NCBI GenBank assembly: GCA_030390025.1
Contig: CM059431.1
Coordinates: 106,580,001 to 106,644,000 of the forward strand
Length of the DNA stretch: 64,000 nucleotides
Reading direction: 5' to 3'
Source of the DNA: Squalus acanthias
Lineage: Eukaryota
Shown here piece by piece: positions 25,288-37,809 of this stretch (positions are counted from its first letter, which is position 1; every line of letters begins with the position of its first letter). The notes under the pieces are model-generated. The model made no database searches. It was not told the DNA's origin and worked only from the letters and a program-made list of their open reading frames with translations. The position numbers were made by a program, and so were the translations under genes.

Positions 25288-28200
25288 GGGCTCGATTTTG
25301 CCATTGGGGGAGGGCTGGGGCGTGTCAGGTGGTTTTAAGGCCTGCAAGCAGCCTTGCTTCTTTGGAGACTTTAAACTTTATGCCCATTGTTGTGATCGCT
25401 TCATTCAGCAATTATATCAGCAGTAGGCCAAAGTGTGTTCCAAGGTTCGATGAGGCCTCCCTCCAAGCTCTGCTGGAGGGAGCAAGATCAAATAAGGAGG
25501 TGCCCTTCCTTTCCTCAGGGCAGAAAAAGCCTCCCCAGCAGACTAAAGCTGTGTGGATGCATGTGGCCCAGGAGGTCAACTCAATCCCTATGTGCCGCAG
25601 AACCTGGCTGCAGTGCAGGAAGTGGTTTCATGACCTTCTCCGCACAGGAAAAGTGAGTATGACTTTCCCATCACTCTCAATCTGATCCCCATCACCTCTC
25701 CTCACCAGCACTCTGCTTTGCCAACCTCTTCCTCCACATCCCACTTGACACTTACATCCCTGCACCCTTACCCATTCCCTCTCTCTCTATGGTCACATTC
25801 ACTTAAATATTCTACCATGCATCCCTCACACTCTCTATCACTGTGATGCAATGACAACAACTTACAACACACAGGGAGGGCCCTTTGTCTCCTTCTAAGC
25901 ATCTATGCTATGGATTCTCTACATTCACTCCTTCATTCTCACTCAAACTCCACTTGTGTCCCTCATTGCAGGAAAAGAGAGCCCACAATAAGAGGGAAAG
26001 AGCGAGGACAGGAGGAGGGCCACCCTCAGTAACCCAGCTCACCGCCTGGGAGGAGGCAGCCCTGGAAATCGCTGGTGTCGAGGAAGATTCGCAAGTGGGG
26101 GACGGACAGATGGGCGCATCACAGCAAGCTGGTGACAGATTAGTTTGGCATCTCTCTCATTGACATTGCATGAGTGACTGATAATGATTCTGATGCTCTA
26201 ACAGATTGACTTATGATCATCTGCACAATTCAATGTGCATGCAACCTTTACCCACATCTCTAACTCTTTCCTTTACTCCCCCACAGGACCATCAACAGCC
26301 CCCATCCCCACTGTCCAGGAGGAACAGCCTGAGCTTCAAGACTCCTCAGAGGAAGCTGCAACCTCTGAGGGCGCAGCGTCTGCAGAATTCAGCGCACCCA
26401 GCACCAGCGCAGACACTCACACCTCGGTGGGAGCTTCGCTAGATAGAATAGTGTTGTCACCTGGTGTATCACAGCTCACAAGTGAGCATCAGCAGTTGGT
26501 GGAGACAGGGACAGCAGTGGAGAGTCCTCATCGGAGGGCTCAGCTCGGCTCAGCTGCATGTCGACCCTGTGCCTCTGGGTCCATCCAGAAGGAGAGTGGT
26601 GCTGGAACTCCAGGAACAGGTGCAGGAGTTGCTGGCAGGTTTTGCCTCCAGGGTCGCTGCGAGTGTGGAGCGAATGGAGGAGTCCATCGAGAACATTGTG
26701 GAGGCATTGGCTCATGAACACATCACCACGGAAAGGATGGCAACCTCCGTGGAAAGGATGGCTACGGTAGAGGAGAGGATGGCTACGGTAGAGGAGAGGT
26801 TGGCTATGGCCATGGAGGAGCCAAGTCGGCAGAGTGTTGAAAACATGGTCATTGTTCAGAATAGCCTGGCATCTCTTGAGGAGCGATGGTCAGCTATTGA
26901 GCATAGAAACCAGACCTTCATGGAAGTCCTCTGGAGTAGGACTTCCAGTGCAGAAACGGGTCCTCATGGCCCCGCTGAAGTGCAGCAAGGTGCTGTCAAG
27001 CCACTTGCTAGCTCTGAAGTGGAGCTGACCCATGAGAGGGATGTTGGTGGTAGACAACAAGGAAGTGGGGGCTCCTCTCCAAGCACTCACACAACCATGC
27101 CACTGCAAAGCCCTAGGTCAGAGCCCCACCAGAGTCCTCACCCAACTGAGATGGGTGTCTCATCCCCTGCACAGCCGCAGGAGCAGCAGACTGTTGCCGA
27201 GCTCTCACAGGTTCGCAACCCCAGAGGACGGCCGCCAAAGCTGTCGAGACAGGAGCAGCAAGAAAGTGAGCAAGGGGCCTCCATTACTGCTGAAGCCACA
27301 GGGGAAGCACCACGTAGGAGCACGCGTAAGAGGAAGATAATGCACAAGTATTCACAAGGGTTGTCACTTGGGTGTTATGTTGTGTTTATTCTTGAAATGC
27401 CATCAGTTGCTTGTTGTGATAAAAAATTCTGATGGCAAACTGTTGAAGTTGTGGCCTGTGTCATTTCGCAAATGGCACTTCCACATTGAGGGCTTAGAGT
27501 GACTTGTAATTGTCAGTATGGTGGTCAGAGTGATAGGAATCCGCAGGTTCTTGTCGATGCTCTGGTAAGAAGGTGCGAGGCAAAAGTGTTTGATTGTGCA
27601 GGCTAAGCAAATCTGGCCAACATGAGTGCGTCCCTTGCATCCCAGGCAGCAATTCTGGCCTGTGCAGCTTCAGGTGGGTGAGCAGCAGCTTGACGCTGCT
27701 GTTGTTGCTGCTGTTGTTTATGGTTCTGCTGCTGCCGCGGCTGGTCTTCGTCTGAATCTAATGTTCAGGAGGAAAGGAAATAAATGGTTTCCATGCTTTT
27801 GGTATATGCCTCAGTTGAGGAAGCGCTCAGTCAAGGTGGGGAGAGGGGTTTCCCAGGAGGTCACACTGGAGATGGGTGTCAGGCTCCAAACTTCCACAAC
27901 AATGAGTATGCCTGCTAAAAGTTTCCCCAGACCTGAGACAACAACGTTCTGCCACCTGCAAATGATCATTGGTGAAAACTCCTTTTTAATGGTGGAGCTG
28001 CAGCTGTTAGTAAGCAATCCACTTGTGAGGCCGCCAGGATTAACTGGCGAATTCCAGAGGAGACATGCAGGCCGGGGGAAAAGTGTTAAAATCAGAATGG
28101 CCTCTCAAAATGGGATTATAGAGGCAATTAACTGGTTGTTAAGGGCCTTAAGGGCCTATTCCGCCTCTTGGAAGCGGGATGGAAACGGGGTCTGAAACCC

Positions 28201-28324
28201 CGATTCTGGGAAAATTGCTCGGAGGCGGGCTGGAGGCGGGATCGGAGCCGCCCGCCATTTCTTCTGATTTTAACACCTCACACGCCTCCAATCCCGCCTC
28301 CTTGGGCCTGGCAAAATCGAGCCC
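25288..28324 (+). mobile_element. PIF/Harbinger-like transposon, non-autonomous (Myb/SANT gene only)
   Basis: Perfect 16-bp TIR GGGCTCGATTTTGCCA and a 3-bp TSD TAT. No DDE nuclease ORF is recognisable. Confidence 0.9.
25420..27432 (+). pseudogene. Spliced Myb/SANT-like DNA-binding protein gene, with a frameshift near 26545
   Basis: Exon 1 runs to 25652 (PRFDEASLQALL...W.HVAQEVN...RTWLQCRKWFHDL|gtgagt). Exon 2 is 25972-26131. Exon 3 starts at 26287 and encodes an acidic linker, a coiled coil (MATVEER repeats) and a basic tail RRSTRKRK. Confidence 0.8.
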
Positions 28325-28366
28325 TATGAGTATCTGTTATCGAAGCCTGAAGTGTCTGCTTTGGAC

Positions 28367-29853
28367 TGTAGGGGGTGGTGGTGTGTGTCACCTTCACCTC
28401 TGACTTCTGAGCGGTTCGAATCGCTCCCACTCCCTTGGTTCTAGACCCTGGACTTATTTGGGGGTTGTGACAAAAAGTGCAGCAGACAACTGGTTTTGAT
28501 GCAAGAACTTTGATCTTTATTTAAGAAAGTAAAAACACAACACAAACACTCTTAACACTCTAAAAGTGGGGAACACTTCGGTACAAGCGAGGGAAATAAC
28601 ATTAGGAGAATACTTCACCCCTCCCAATCCCACTTCACTAGCTAGGTTGGACTCCAGAGGACCAGGGATGATACTCACCAGAATCCTTGACAGTTGGGCT
28701 GGTTCGTGGTTTTGGGGTTCACTTTATATGTCGGTTGGTGTCTGCCGTACCCCGTACGTGGTAGAGGACTTCAACTGCGTATCTGGTCAGTCTTCGCGAG
28801 TCCGCTGATGCGGTAGGGTGCGTATTGGATTTATCAGGTGAGTACCCACTTTTCTTTGGTTTAGAAGTAGGGTTTAGAGTTTTTTAAGGGAAAATCTTAC
28901 CCAGGGGTAAGTCAGGAGTAGATTGTAGAGTGGAAACTTTGCGGATCTTCGGTTTTTCTTCGAGTCGGTTTTCTTTGGTCGCGGTGGCCCAAATATTGGT
29001 ACTTGGTGTTTGGTTTGTTGTTTCATGAGGGCCTTGTTGCCGCGAGGTGTCCGATGGTCACTGAGGCGGTCGTTCTGGTTTCTTCACGTGTCGGCCTACT
29101 TTGTTGGATGGTCTGGCCTTCGAGCTGTCGAATTCCTGGCTAGACACGGAACGCTGAACGGTGGTGTTGTAGAACTGTGTTGCGGAGAGTGCCTCCATGG
29201 ATGTCTTCTTGTTCTTCCTTCCTCTTCTTTTTCAGGTTGAGAATGGGCCTTCAATTATACCCATTGAAGCTCCCTTATCTGCGCGTCAAATCAGGTCCCG
29301 GTCTTTGTTAGATTTTGGCGGGCTCGTTAACGGTAACTGGTTTGTTAAGGTGTGAAGTGGTTCCAGGATGGTCCCATCTTGTCAATTTGCCACTTAATCG
29401 TAGTTTGATTGTCCTTATGTTTTGGGTTTCTTGACTGGGCCTAGGATTTCTATAGAGTAATCTGAAGTAATCTGTTTTATGCATGTCTTAATGGGCTCTG
29501 TAACTTGGGGTAGAGACTGTTTTTCCTCGGGTTTATTGTTAGGATGCAAATGTCAGATAGGGGCCGATTTAAACTCCCAGCGTGGTCATGCGGTTCCCCA
29601 GACAGTTTCCATTAGCTCCAATACCCAAACTGTTTTTGCAGAGGTTTAACCCACCTTCCTTCACAGCCTTTTCTCCCTTACAAGTCCAGACATGTCTTTT
29701 AAAATACCAAATCTTGGTTTTTGCTCTAAAATGTCCTTCGGTTTAGGCCCAATGCACTTCACCACCCTGTAATAGCTAGAAAAGAGTCCAAAGTCTTTTT
29801 CCTTAGGGGTTTTCTTAGAGTTAGGGGGATCTGTGAATTTTGAGAATCTTACA
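28367..29853 (-). mobile_element. Solo LTR (1487 bp) related to the LTRs of 49599-56513
   Basis: TGTAGGGGGTGG...TTACA termini with a 4-bp TSD GGAC. Both ends are visibly similar to the LTR at 55408-56513. Confidence 0.9.
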
Positions 29854-31862
29854 GGACACAATTGGCGATCCAGGCGCGGATTGCGGCCAAAATTGCGCTC
29901 GTTTTTAGAAGTTTTTTTCCCCTCAAGTTTCCGCTCAAACTCATTTGCATATTGCCACACACAAATCAGCCATGAACCCACGCAATTAAGCAGCGTTTTA
30001 GAATGTAATCATCTTTAGAAAATATTCCTTGATATATTTCAGAGTGGTAACTTGGCACAGTCTTATCAATACAGCTGAAAATGGGTTGATCACAAAAAAT
30101 AAGCATTTTTAATCAGAGTGTCTAGTCCACCATTAGATTTTAAATAACTGAAAATGACTTTAAACAAATTATACAGAACCATTTGCTAGTCACATTGGTG
30201 TACAGTAGTTAGTTTCTCAGTAAATTATATTCCAAATCTTTTAAAAAGTGCCTATTAGTGCCATCACACCTAAAAAAACAAGATTTATTTTAAAAGCCTC
30301 CTCGAAGGCCCGCAAACGGGCTGAATTAGCGGAAACTTCCCATGGTGGTAAGTTTCAAGAAGGAGACAGATATATTTCTTAAGGCTAAAGGGATCAAGGG
30401 ATATGGGGAGAAAGCAGGGACAGGGTACTGAATTTGGATGATCAGCCATGATCTCATTAAATGGCGGAGCAGGCTCAAGGGGCAGAATGGCCTACTTCTA
30501 TGCTTATATGGTGATTAAGTCGATCTGGAGGCATGGCCAGCTTTGTGGGCGGGGTCAGCTTCGAAGCGCAAAAGATCACGGAAACTCAGTTTGCACTGGA
30601 CGTAACTTGGTTTGGCCGATTTCAGGCGAACTGTGCTGGAAAGAAAAAAAACAGCGCGACCGAGTGGAAACTCCTGGCCCTCGTGTCTGGCAAATGAACC
30701 AGAGGGGCGATGAGGAGAATTGTTTTTTATGCCGCAAGTTGGTATGATCTGGAATGAACTGCCTGAAAGGGTTCAAATAATAACTTTCAAAGGGAATTGG
30801 ATAAATACCGGAAGGGGGGAAATTTTCAAGGCTATGGGGAAAAGCAGGGGAGTGGGATTAATTGGATAATAATGGGACATTCACTGGTTCCTCTAACATG
30901 TTACTTATTTAAGTAAAATGAAGATAGAGTATTATCAAAGCTTAGGTAGCTTCCCCTATTGCAGTGTTGTATGTTAATGGTTAAATGCACAGTGTCATTC
31001 ATTTATAGTTGTAGGTGAACTGTGTTGAAAGGCGGTTAAAAAATATGGTGATTACGAAGCTGGAGTGGTTTGCACCGTCTACGCTGCCAGATTTATGTAA
31101 CTGTCTTTTTAAATCTCATATGTGTAGGAACATAAAACTGTGCAATAAATGTTTTTATTAAGTATTCAATAGCGTTGTGATACATGCTATCAAGATTATG
31201 CCGTCTGCATTCACAACATCATAGAAAAAAGTTGGACTAACTTCTGAAGGACAAAGGTAAACAAATACGAAGGGTTTCACAAGTTGAGCTATTTTTTTAA
31301 TAAACTCCACAATTATTCCAGTAAGTACTCCTATTTGAATATCGTGGTTGCCTGCCCCAATCAGAAAATACATTAGTAACTTGGAACACAGTCTTCCCAA
31401 AGCATTTAAGGAAAGATTTTCTGCTTTGTGAAATTAAAATGAATGGATAGAAATCATGGGCTTAGGGTATGCAATTTCCGGCTATGTGCTCCCGAAACAG
31501 GAAATCTCCACTCCAATGCTATTAATTCACACCTTTAAAAGTAATTATGAAATGGTTCGGAAAAGGCGTGAGGGTTACTAGGCTACAGCAGATAGAGATG
31601 ATTGAATACGGTGTGGAGCAGGATGGTTCCTCTACTCCTGGGACCTTGGAAATAGAAAGAAAAACTCGCATTTCTACGGTGTATTTCACGACCACCTGAC
31701 GTCCCAAAGCGCTTTACAACCAACAAAGTACTTTTGAAGTGGAGTCGCTGTTGTAATGTAGGAAACGCGGCAGCCAACTTGCTCACAGCAAGCTCCCACA
31801 AACAACAATGTGATAATGACCAGATAATCTGTTTTAGCTATGTTGATTGAGGGATGAATATT

Positions 31863-34628
31863 CATAGAATCATAGAATCATAGAAGATAGGAGCAGGAGT
31901 AGGCCATTCGGCCCCTCTAGCCTGCTCCGCCATTCAATGCGATCATGGCTGATCATCCAAATTCAGTACCCTGTCCCTGCTTTCTCCCCATATCCCTTGA
32001 TCCCTTTAGCCTTAAGAAATATATCCAACTCCTTCTTGAATCTATTTAATGAATTGGCCTCTACTGCCTTCTGTGGCAGAGAATTCCACAGGTTCACCAC
32101 TCTCTGGGTGAAAAAATTCCTCCTAATTTCTATCCTAAATGGCTTACCCCTTATCCTTAGACTGTGACCCCTGGTTCTGGACTCCCCGACCATCGGGAAC
32201 ATCCTTCCTGCATCTAGTTTGTCCTGTCCTGTCCTGTCAGAATTTTATAAGTTTCAATGAGATCCCCTCTCATTCTTCTAAACTCCAGCGAGTATAAGCC
32301 CAATCGACCCAATCTCTCTTCATACGTCATTCCTGCCATCCCAGGTATCAGCCTTGTGAATCTTCGCTGAACTCCTTCCATGGCAAGAACATCCTTCCTC
32401 AGATAAGGCAACCAAAACTGCACACAATACTCAAGGTGTGGTCTCACCAAGGCCCTGTACAACTGCAGCAAGACATCCTTGTTCCTGTACTCAAACCCTC
32501 TCGCTATGAAGGCCAACATACCATTTGCCTTCTTAACCGCCTGCTGCACCTGCATGCTTACCTTCAGCGACTGGTGCACAAGGACACCCAGGTCTCGTTG
32601 CACTTCCCCTTAACCCAATCTATTGCCATTCAGATAATAATCTGCCTTTCTGTTTTTGACACCAAAGTGGATAACCTCGAATTTATCCACGTGATATTGC
32701 ATCTGCCACGCTTCTGCCCAATCACCCAACCTGTCCAAATCATCCTGGAGTTTCTCGGCATCCTCCTCGCAGCACACACGCCCACCCAGTTTTGTGTCAT
32801 CTGCAAACTTGGAGATATTACATCTAGTTCCCTTGTCTAGATCATTAATATATATTGTGAATAGCTGGGGTCCAAGGACCGATCCCTGCGGTACCCCACT
32901 AGTCACTGCCTGCCACTCGGAAAAAGACCCATTTATTCCAACTCTTTGCTTTCTGTCTGCCAACCAGTTCTCTATCCAAGTCAATACCTTGCCCCCAATC
33001 CCATGTGCCTTAACTTTACACGCTAATCTCTTATGCGGGAACTTATCAAAAGCCTTTTGGAAGTCCAAATACACGACATCCACTGGTTCTCCCTTATCTA
33101 TTTTACCAGTTACATCCTCAAAAAATTCCAGTAGAGTAGTCAAGCATGATTTACCTTTTGTAAATCCATGTTGACTTTGTCCGATCCTGTCACTGTTTTT
33201 CAAGTGCTCAGCTATTACATCTTTTATAATGGACTCTAGCATTTTCCCCACTGCCGATGTCAGGCTTACCGGACTGTAATTCCCCGTTTTCTCTCTACCA
33301 CCCCTTTTGAATAGTGGGGTAACATTAGCTACCCTCCAATCTATTGGTACTGTTCCAGATTCCATCGAATGTTGGAAGATGATCAGCAATGCATCTACTA
33401 TTTCTAGGGCCACTTCCTTAAGTACCCTAGGATGTAGATTATCAGGCCCTGGGGATTTATCAGCCTTCAATCCCTTCAATTTCCCTAACACCATTTCCCT
33501 ACAAATACTGATTTCTTTCAGTTCCTCCCTTTCATCAGACCCTATGTTCCCCAACATCTCTGGGAGGTTATTTGTGTCCTCCTTTGTGAAGACAGAACCA
33601 AAATATGTATTTAATTGGTCTGACATTTCTTTGTTCCCCATTATAAGTTCCCCTGATTCTGACTGCAAGGGATCTATGCTTGATTTCACTAATCTTTTTC
33701 TCTTCACATATCTATAAAAGCTTTTACAGTCAGTTGTTATGTTCCCTGTAAGCTAACTCTCGTATTCTATTTTCTCCTTCTTAATTAATCCCTTTGTCCT
33801 CCTTTGTTGAATCTTAAACTGCTCCCAATCCATAGGGTTACTGCTTTTTCTGGCCAATTTATATGCCCACTCCTTGGATCTTATGCTATCCCTAATTTCC
33901 CTTGTTAGCCATGGTTGAGTCACCCTTTTTGTTTTATTCTTATGCCAAACTGGGATGAACAAATTCTGTAGTTCGTCCATGCGGTCTTTGAATGTTTGCC
34001 ATTGCCTATCCACCATCAACACTTTGAGTGATATTCCCCAATCAATCCTACCCAACTCGCACCTCATACCATCGTAGTTTCCTTTATTTAAATTCAGGAC
34101 CCTAGTCTCTGATTCAACTACTTCACTCTCCATCCTAATGAAGAATTCTATCATATTATGATCGCTCCGACCCAAGGGGCCTCGCACAACAAGATTGCTA
34201 ATTAATCCTTTCTCATTGCATAATACCCAGTCTAAGATGGCCTGATCTCTGGTTGGTTCCTCGACATATTGGTCCAGGAAACCATCCCGTAAACACTCCA
34301 GGAATTCTTCCTCCATTGTATTATTACTAATTTGGTTAGCCCAATCTATATGTAGATTAAAGTCACCCATGATGACTGCTGTGCCCTTATTGCACGCTTC
34401 TCTAATTTCCCTTTTAATGCCATCCCCAACCTCCGCATTACTGTTTGGAGGTCTATATATCACTCCCACTAATGTTTTCTGCCCTTTGTTATTTCTCAGT
34501 TCAACCCATACAGATTCCACATCATCAGAGCTAATATCCTTCCTTTCAATTGTGCTAATCCCCTCTTTAACCAGCAATGCTACCCCACCTCCCTTTCCTT
34601 TTTGCTTATCTTTCCTGAATATTGAGTA
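31863..34628 (-). mobile_element. CR1 LINE, 5'-truncated ORF2 (APE endonuclease + RT), frameshifted
   Basis: GDFN, SDH, YLDFQKAFD, GVPQGSVLGP and FADD motifs, with an (ATTCTATG)n tail. Confidence 0.95.
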
Positions 34629-34800
34629 TTGGCCAAGACTCCAGGGATAACTCCCCTGCTCTTCTTCAAAATAGTCTAATGGGATCTTTTACGCCCACCT
34701 GAGAGAGCAGATGGGGCCTCGGTTTAATATCTCATCTGAAAGATGACACCTCCAACAGTGCAGCACTCCCTCAGTACTGCACTGAAGTGTCAGCCTAGAT

Positions 34801-35084
34801 ATGTGTGGGTTAGGTTGATTTGGCTATGATAAATTGACCCTTAGTGTTAGGGGGGATTAAATATGTGGGGTTATGGGGATAGGATGGGATATGTTAGGGG
34901 GAATTAAATACGTGGGGTTACGGGGGTAGGGTGGGATATGTGTACTGTGGGGATTAAAGCAGGGACAGGGTACTGGATTTGGATGATCAGCCATGATCGT
35001 ATTGAATGGCGGAGCAGGCTCGACGGGCCGAATGGCCTACTCCTGCTTCTAGATTCTATGTTTCTATGTATGTTTCTATATTTG
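34801..35084 (+). mobile_element. 5'-truncated HE1/V-SINE-like element with a CR1-derived tail
   Basis: GTTAGGTTGATTTGGCTATGATAAATTGACCCTTAGTGT V-domain-like segment followed by a CR1 3' UTR and (TTTCTATG)n. Confidence 0.6.
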
Positions 35085-35147
35085 TTCTCAAGTCTCTGGA
35101 GTGGGACTTGAGTCCTCAACCTTCTGACTCAGAGGCGAGGGTGCTAC

Positions 35148-37429
35148 AAATTTTTTTAAAATATATTATTTATTGAACATTAAAAACATTTACAACATCG
35201 TGATCATTCCATTGTATCTTTTAAATCCATTCCGCTGCTCTACACAGCCATTCCTCCACCACATATTAACATAAAAACCTGAAGTTTAATTTGTCTCCCA
35301 TAACATATACTAATCTATTGTACTTTAAAAATTGATCAGTAATCATGGCTCCGAATAAGGGGAGTGTGCCTGATAATCCCCCCATCATTTAATCTCAGGC
35401 CCTTCCCTCCTCTCATGCTCCTTCCCAACTTTTTGGCCAGCTGTTGCTTTCCCCTGCAGCCTCTGGCTCATTTTCACCTCCTGTTTGAACCTTCCCTGCA
35501 GTTTCAGCTTCTTCCTTACATTAGGTTTGGGCTGGGGAGCTGCCCCTTCTCCCTCCTTCTGCCCCTCACTAATCTTTCCCTTTCCATACAATGCCACCCC
35601 ACCCCCACTTCCATGTCTCTGTCCCCCTCTGACTCCTCACTCTCTAGCTCTTCTGTAACCTCTCGTCCCTGCTCCCCGTCAGATACATAGGGCTCGAATT
35701 TCCAAGCCCCGTGGAGGCGGGTTTGGAGGTGGGAGTGGTGGGAAAATTGCAGATTCGGGGGCCACGTACCCATCCCGCCCCCAACCCGCCTCCATGCCAA
35801 TGTCCCAGGAGGCGGGTACCCGACCTGTGCTGGGAGCCACCTCCCCGAGGCGGGAAGGGGATCAGTGCCAATGAAGTGCATGTTAACAGGTAGTTAACAG
35901 GCAGGTTTTAGGCTAATCCCTATTTTTCGCCCTGAAGTGTGGGCTGCCCGACGGCTCCAAACCACGCCAAGTTAGCGAGGTGGACTGTCGGTCTGCAGGC
36001 CTTGGAGGGGTCGAGATGTCCGGTGTACAGGTGAGTGATGGGAGCATGAGTGCAGAGGTAAGTGTGTTTGGTGTGTGTAAAGTGTTTTAATAAGTTTTAC
36101 TTACTTTACTTTCTCCTCCAGGCTTCCTCCCTTCAGTTCTCAGGAGTCCATCAGCTCACCGGCACAGAAAGCAAAATGGCCACTGAGCTGTCAAAAGCTG
36201 CAGCCTCTGCTTTCTGGTCTGGAGAGCTCTCTAACTGAGTCTGAGTAGAAGGACTCAAGTTAGAAGACAGATTGTCAGTGTTTGACAGCTTCACAGAGCT
36301 GTCAAACGCTGATATTTCATCTGTCTAAAGCTCTTGACAGATGAAATGTCAATCACTGACATCACCAGTATCCAGGTGTCCCTTAATTGGCCTGCTGAGC
36401 CCGCTGGGTGGGCTTAACAAGGTCAATCAAGGGAAAGTAGCGTAGGTTGGCCACAAATCGATGGAGGCGGGACTACAACCCAAAAAGTGGGAGTCCTTAC
36501 ACTTACTCCGCACCCTGCTCCCACCTCCTCTCCCCCCACGGACACCAGATTCTTTAGGGAGAGCCATTTTATGGCTTGGCTCAGCCCTTGACCAGTGCTG
36601 CTCATTGCTGTCTTTGTCCTTTTCCACCGTACTTGGTGTGTTTTCCACCATCTCCATCCTGTTCTCTGCTCCACAATTTTCTGCCTCTTCCTGCGCTCTT
36701 TTCTCCTTCCATTCAACAGCTGTGTCCTCCGCCTGCTCCGCTCCTCCAGCCACTCCACTCACACCTCTGGGAACCAGACCTTTACATAACAGGTTCCATC
36801 TGCTACCCGCGTTCCTGGATAGTATCTTCTCTTTATTGCCAAGCAAATTTTAATGTCCCACATCTTCAACTTTTTTACTCGCACATCATCCTTTAATATA
36901 AACCAGCAAGTTTAAGAATGAGACTACCACATCTTCAGAATATAGCAGAGATACCTCCAAGAATTATCTCCAAACTTCAAACTCAGTAAAAGTCTTTCCA
37001 CCTCCTCTCGGTCACTGACCGTCACCTCAAACCCAACATTCGGCTTTGGTTGGCAGGCAAAGCAGCTTCCCTCGCCGCAGTCCTCATGTACCGCCTGGAT
37101 AATATCCCAAGCTCGTATCTCCTTATCCTCGCACTGAACCACCACCGTGTTTTCTTTTCCAAACCTCCTGGGGTCCCGGCCCAAATCTTTGCGCCTTTTT
37201 TTCTCCCTTTCCCCAATATTTTCTCACCTGATTAAATTCATCCTGGGAACATTGTCCTCTGAGGGGCCTGGCACTCCAGCCCCCCATTTGGCTGCTGGTT
37301 AAGGACCAAAAAGGCCCTAAAACCTGGAAAAAAACAAAACCCACCACCAACTTTTTACAAACTCACTCCAACTCGCTGCAGTAATCAAGCACCCAGCAGC
37401 ACCTGCTCACTCATAGCCCCTCCCACCTA
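35148..37429 (-). mobile_element. Tx1/L1-like non-autonomous retrotransposon (ORF1 remnant only)
   Basis: ORF1-like peptide KENTVVVQC...DIIQAVHEDCG...FACQPK...GFEVTV, followed by AATAAA and an A-rich tail. The 11-bp TSD is GAG(G/A)GTGCTAC (35137-35147, 37430-37440). Confidence 0.65.
35690..36496. mobile_element. MITE family B, right end truncated
   Basis: Starts GGGCTCGAATTTCCA and is colinear with 24451-25240. Confidence 0.8.
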
Positions 37430-37809
37430 GAGAGTGCTACCCACTGAGCCACAGCTGACAGTTGCTGGCCTTAAGTTCCCACTATAGCCCTAGTTTAAAC
37501 ATGATGGTTATTTGTGGATTTTAGACAGACTCAAATGGAAGTATGCTGTTTAAATCCAATTTTAAGAGGTTACTTCTTGCATCTGTAAAGATCTGGAGAA
37601 ATACAGGGCACGGACTAGTGGTGGGAGTGTACCTAGGTGAATTTTACAGGGAAAGTGACAGTTAAAGGGGAGTGCCGGAATTGAGGGAGATAAATTCTGA
37701 AAACCTTTGGAAAGGCACAGAATGCATCTCAGCCCATTAGCAGCCTTTGCCAAGGGTGAAAGGACAGGAGACTAAGATCTGTGCAAAAATGGAGGGAAAG
37801 GAAACCAAA

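Larger units (their letters stand above)
31665..37460 (-). mobile_element. One DeuSINE split into four pieces by nested insertions
   Basis: Colinear pieces at 37460-37430, 35147-35085, 34800-34629 and 31862-31665. Confidence 0.85.

Noticed and set aside
27626..28195. 189-aa plus-strand ORF as the Harbinger nuclease
   Set aside because: It has no DDE motifs, and the nuclease would be expected on the opposite strand.
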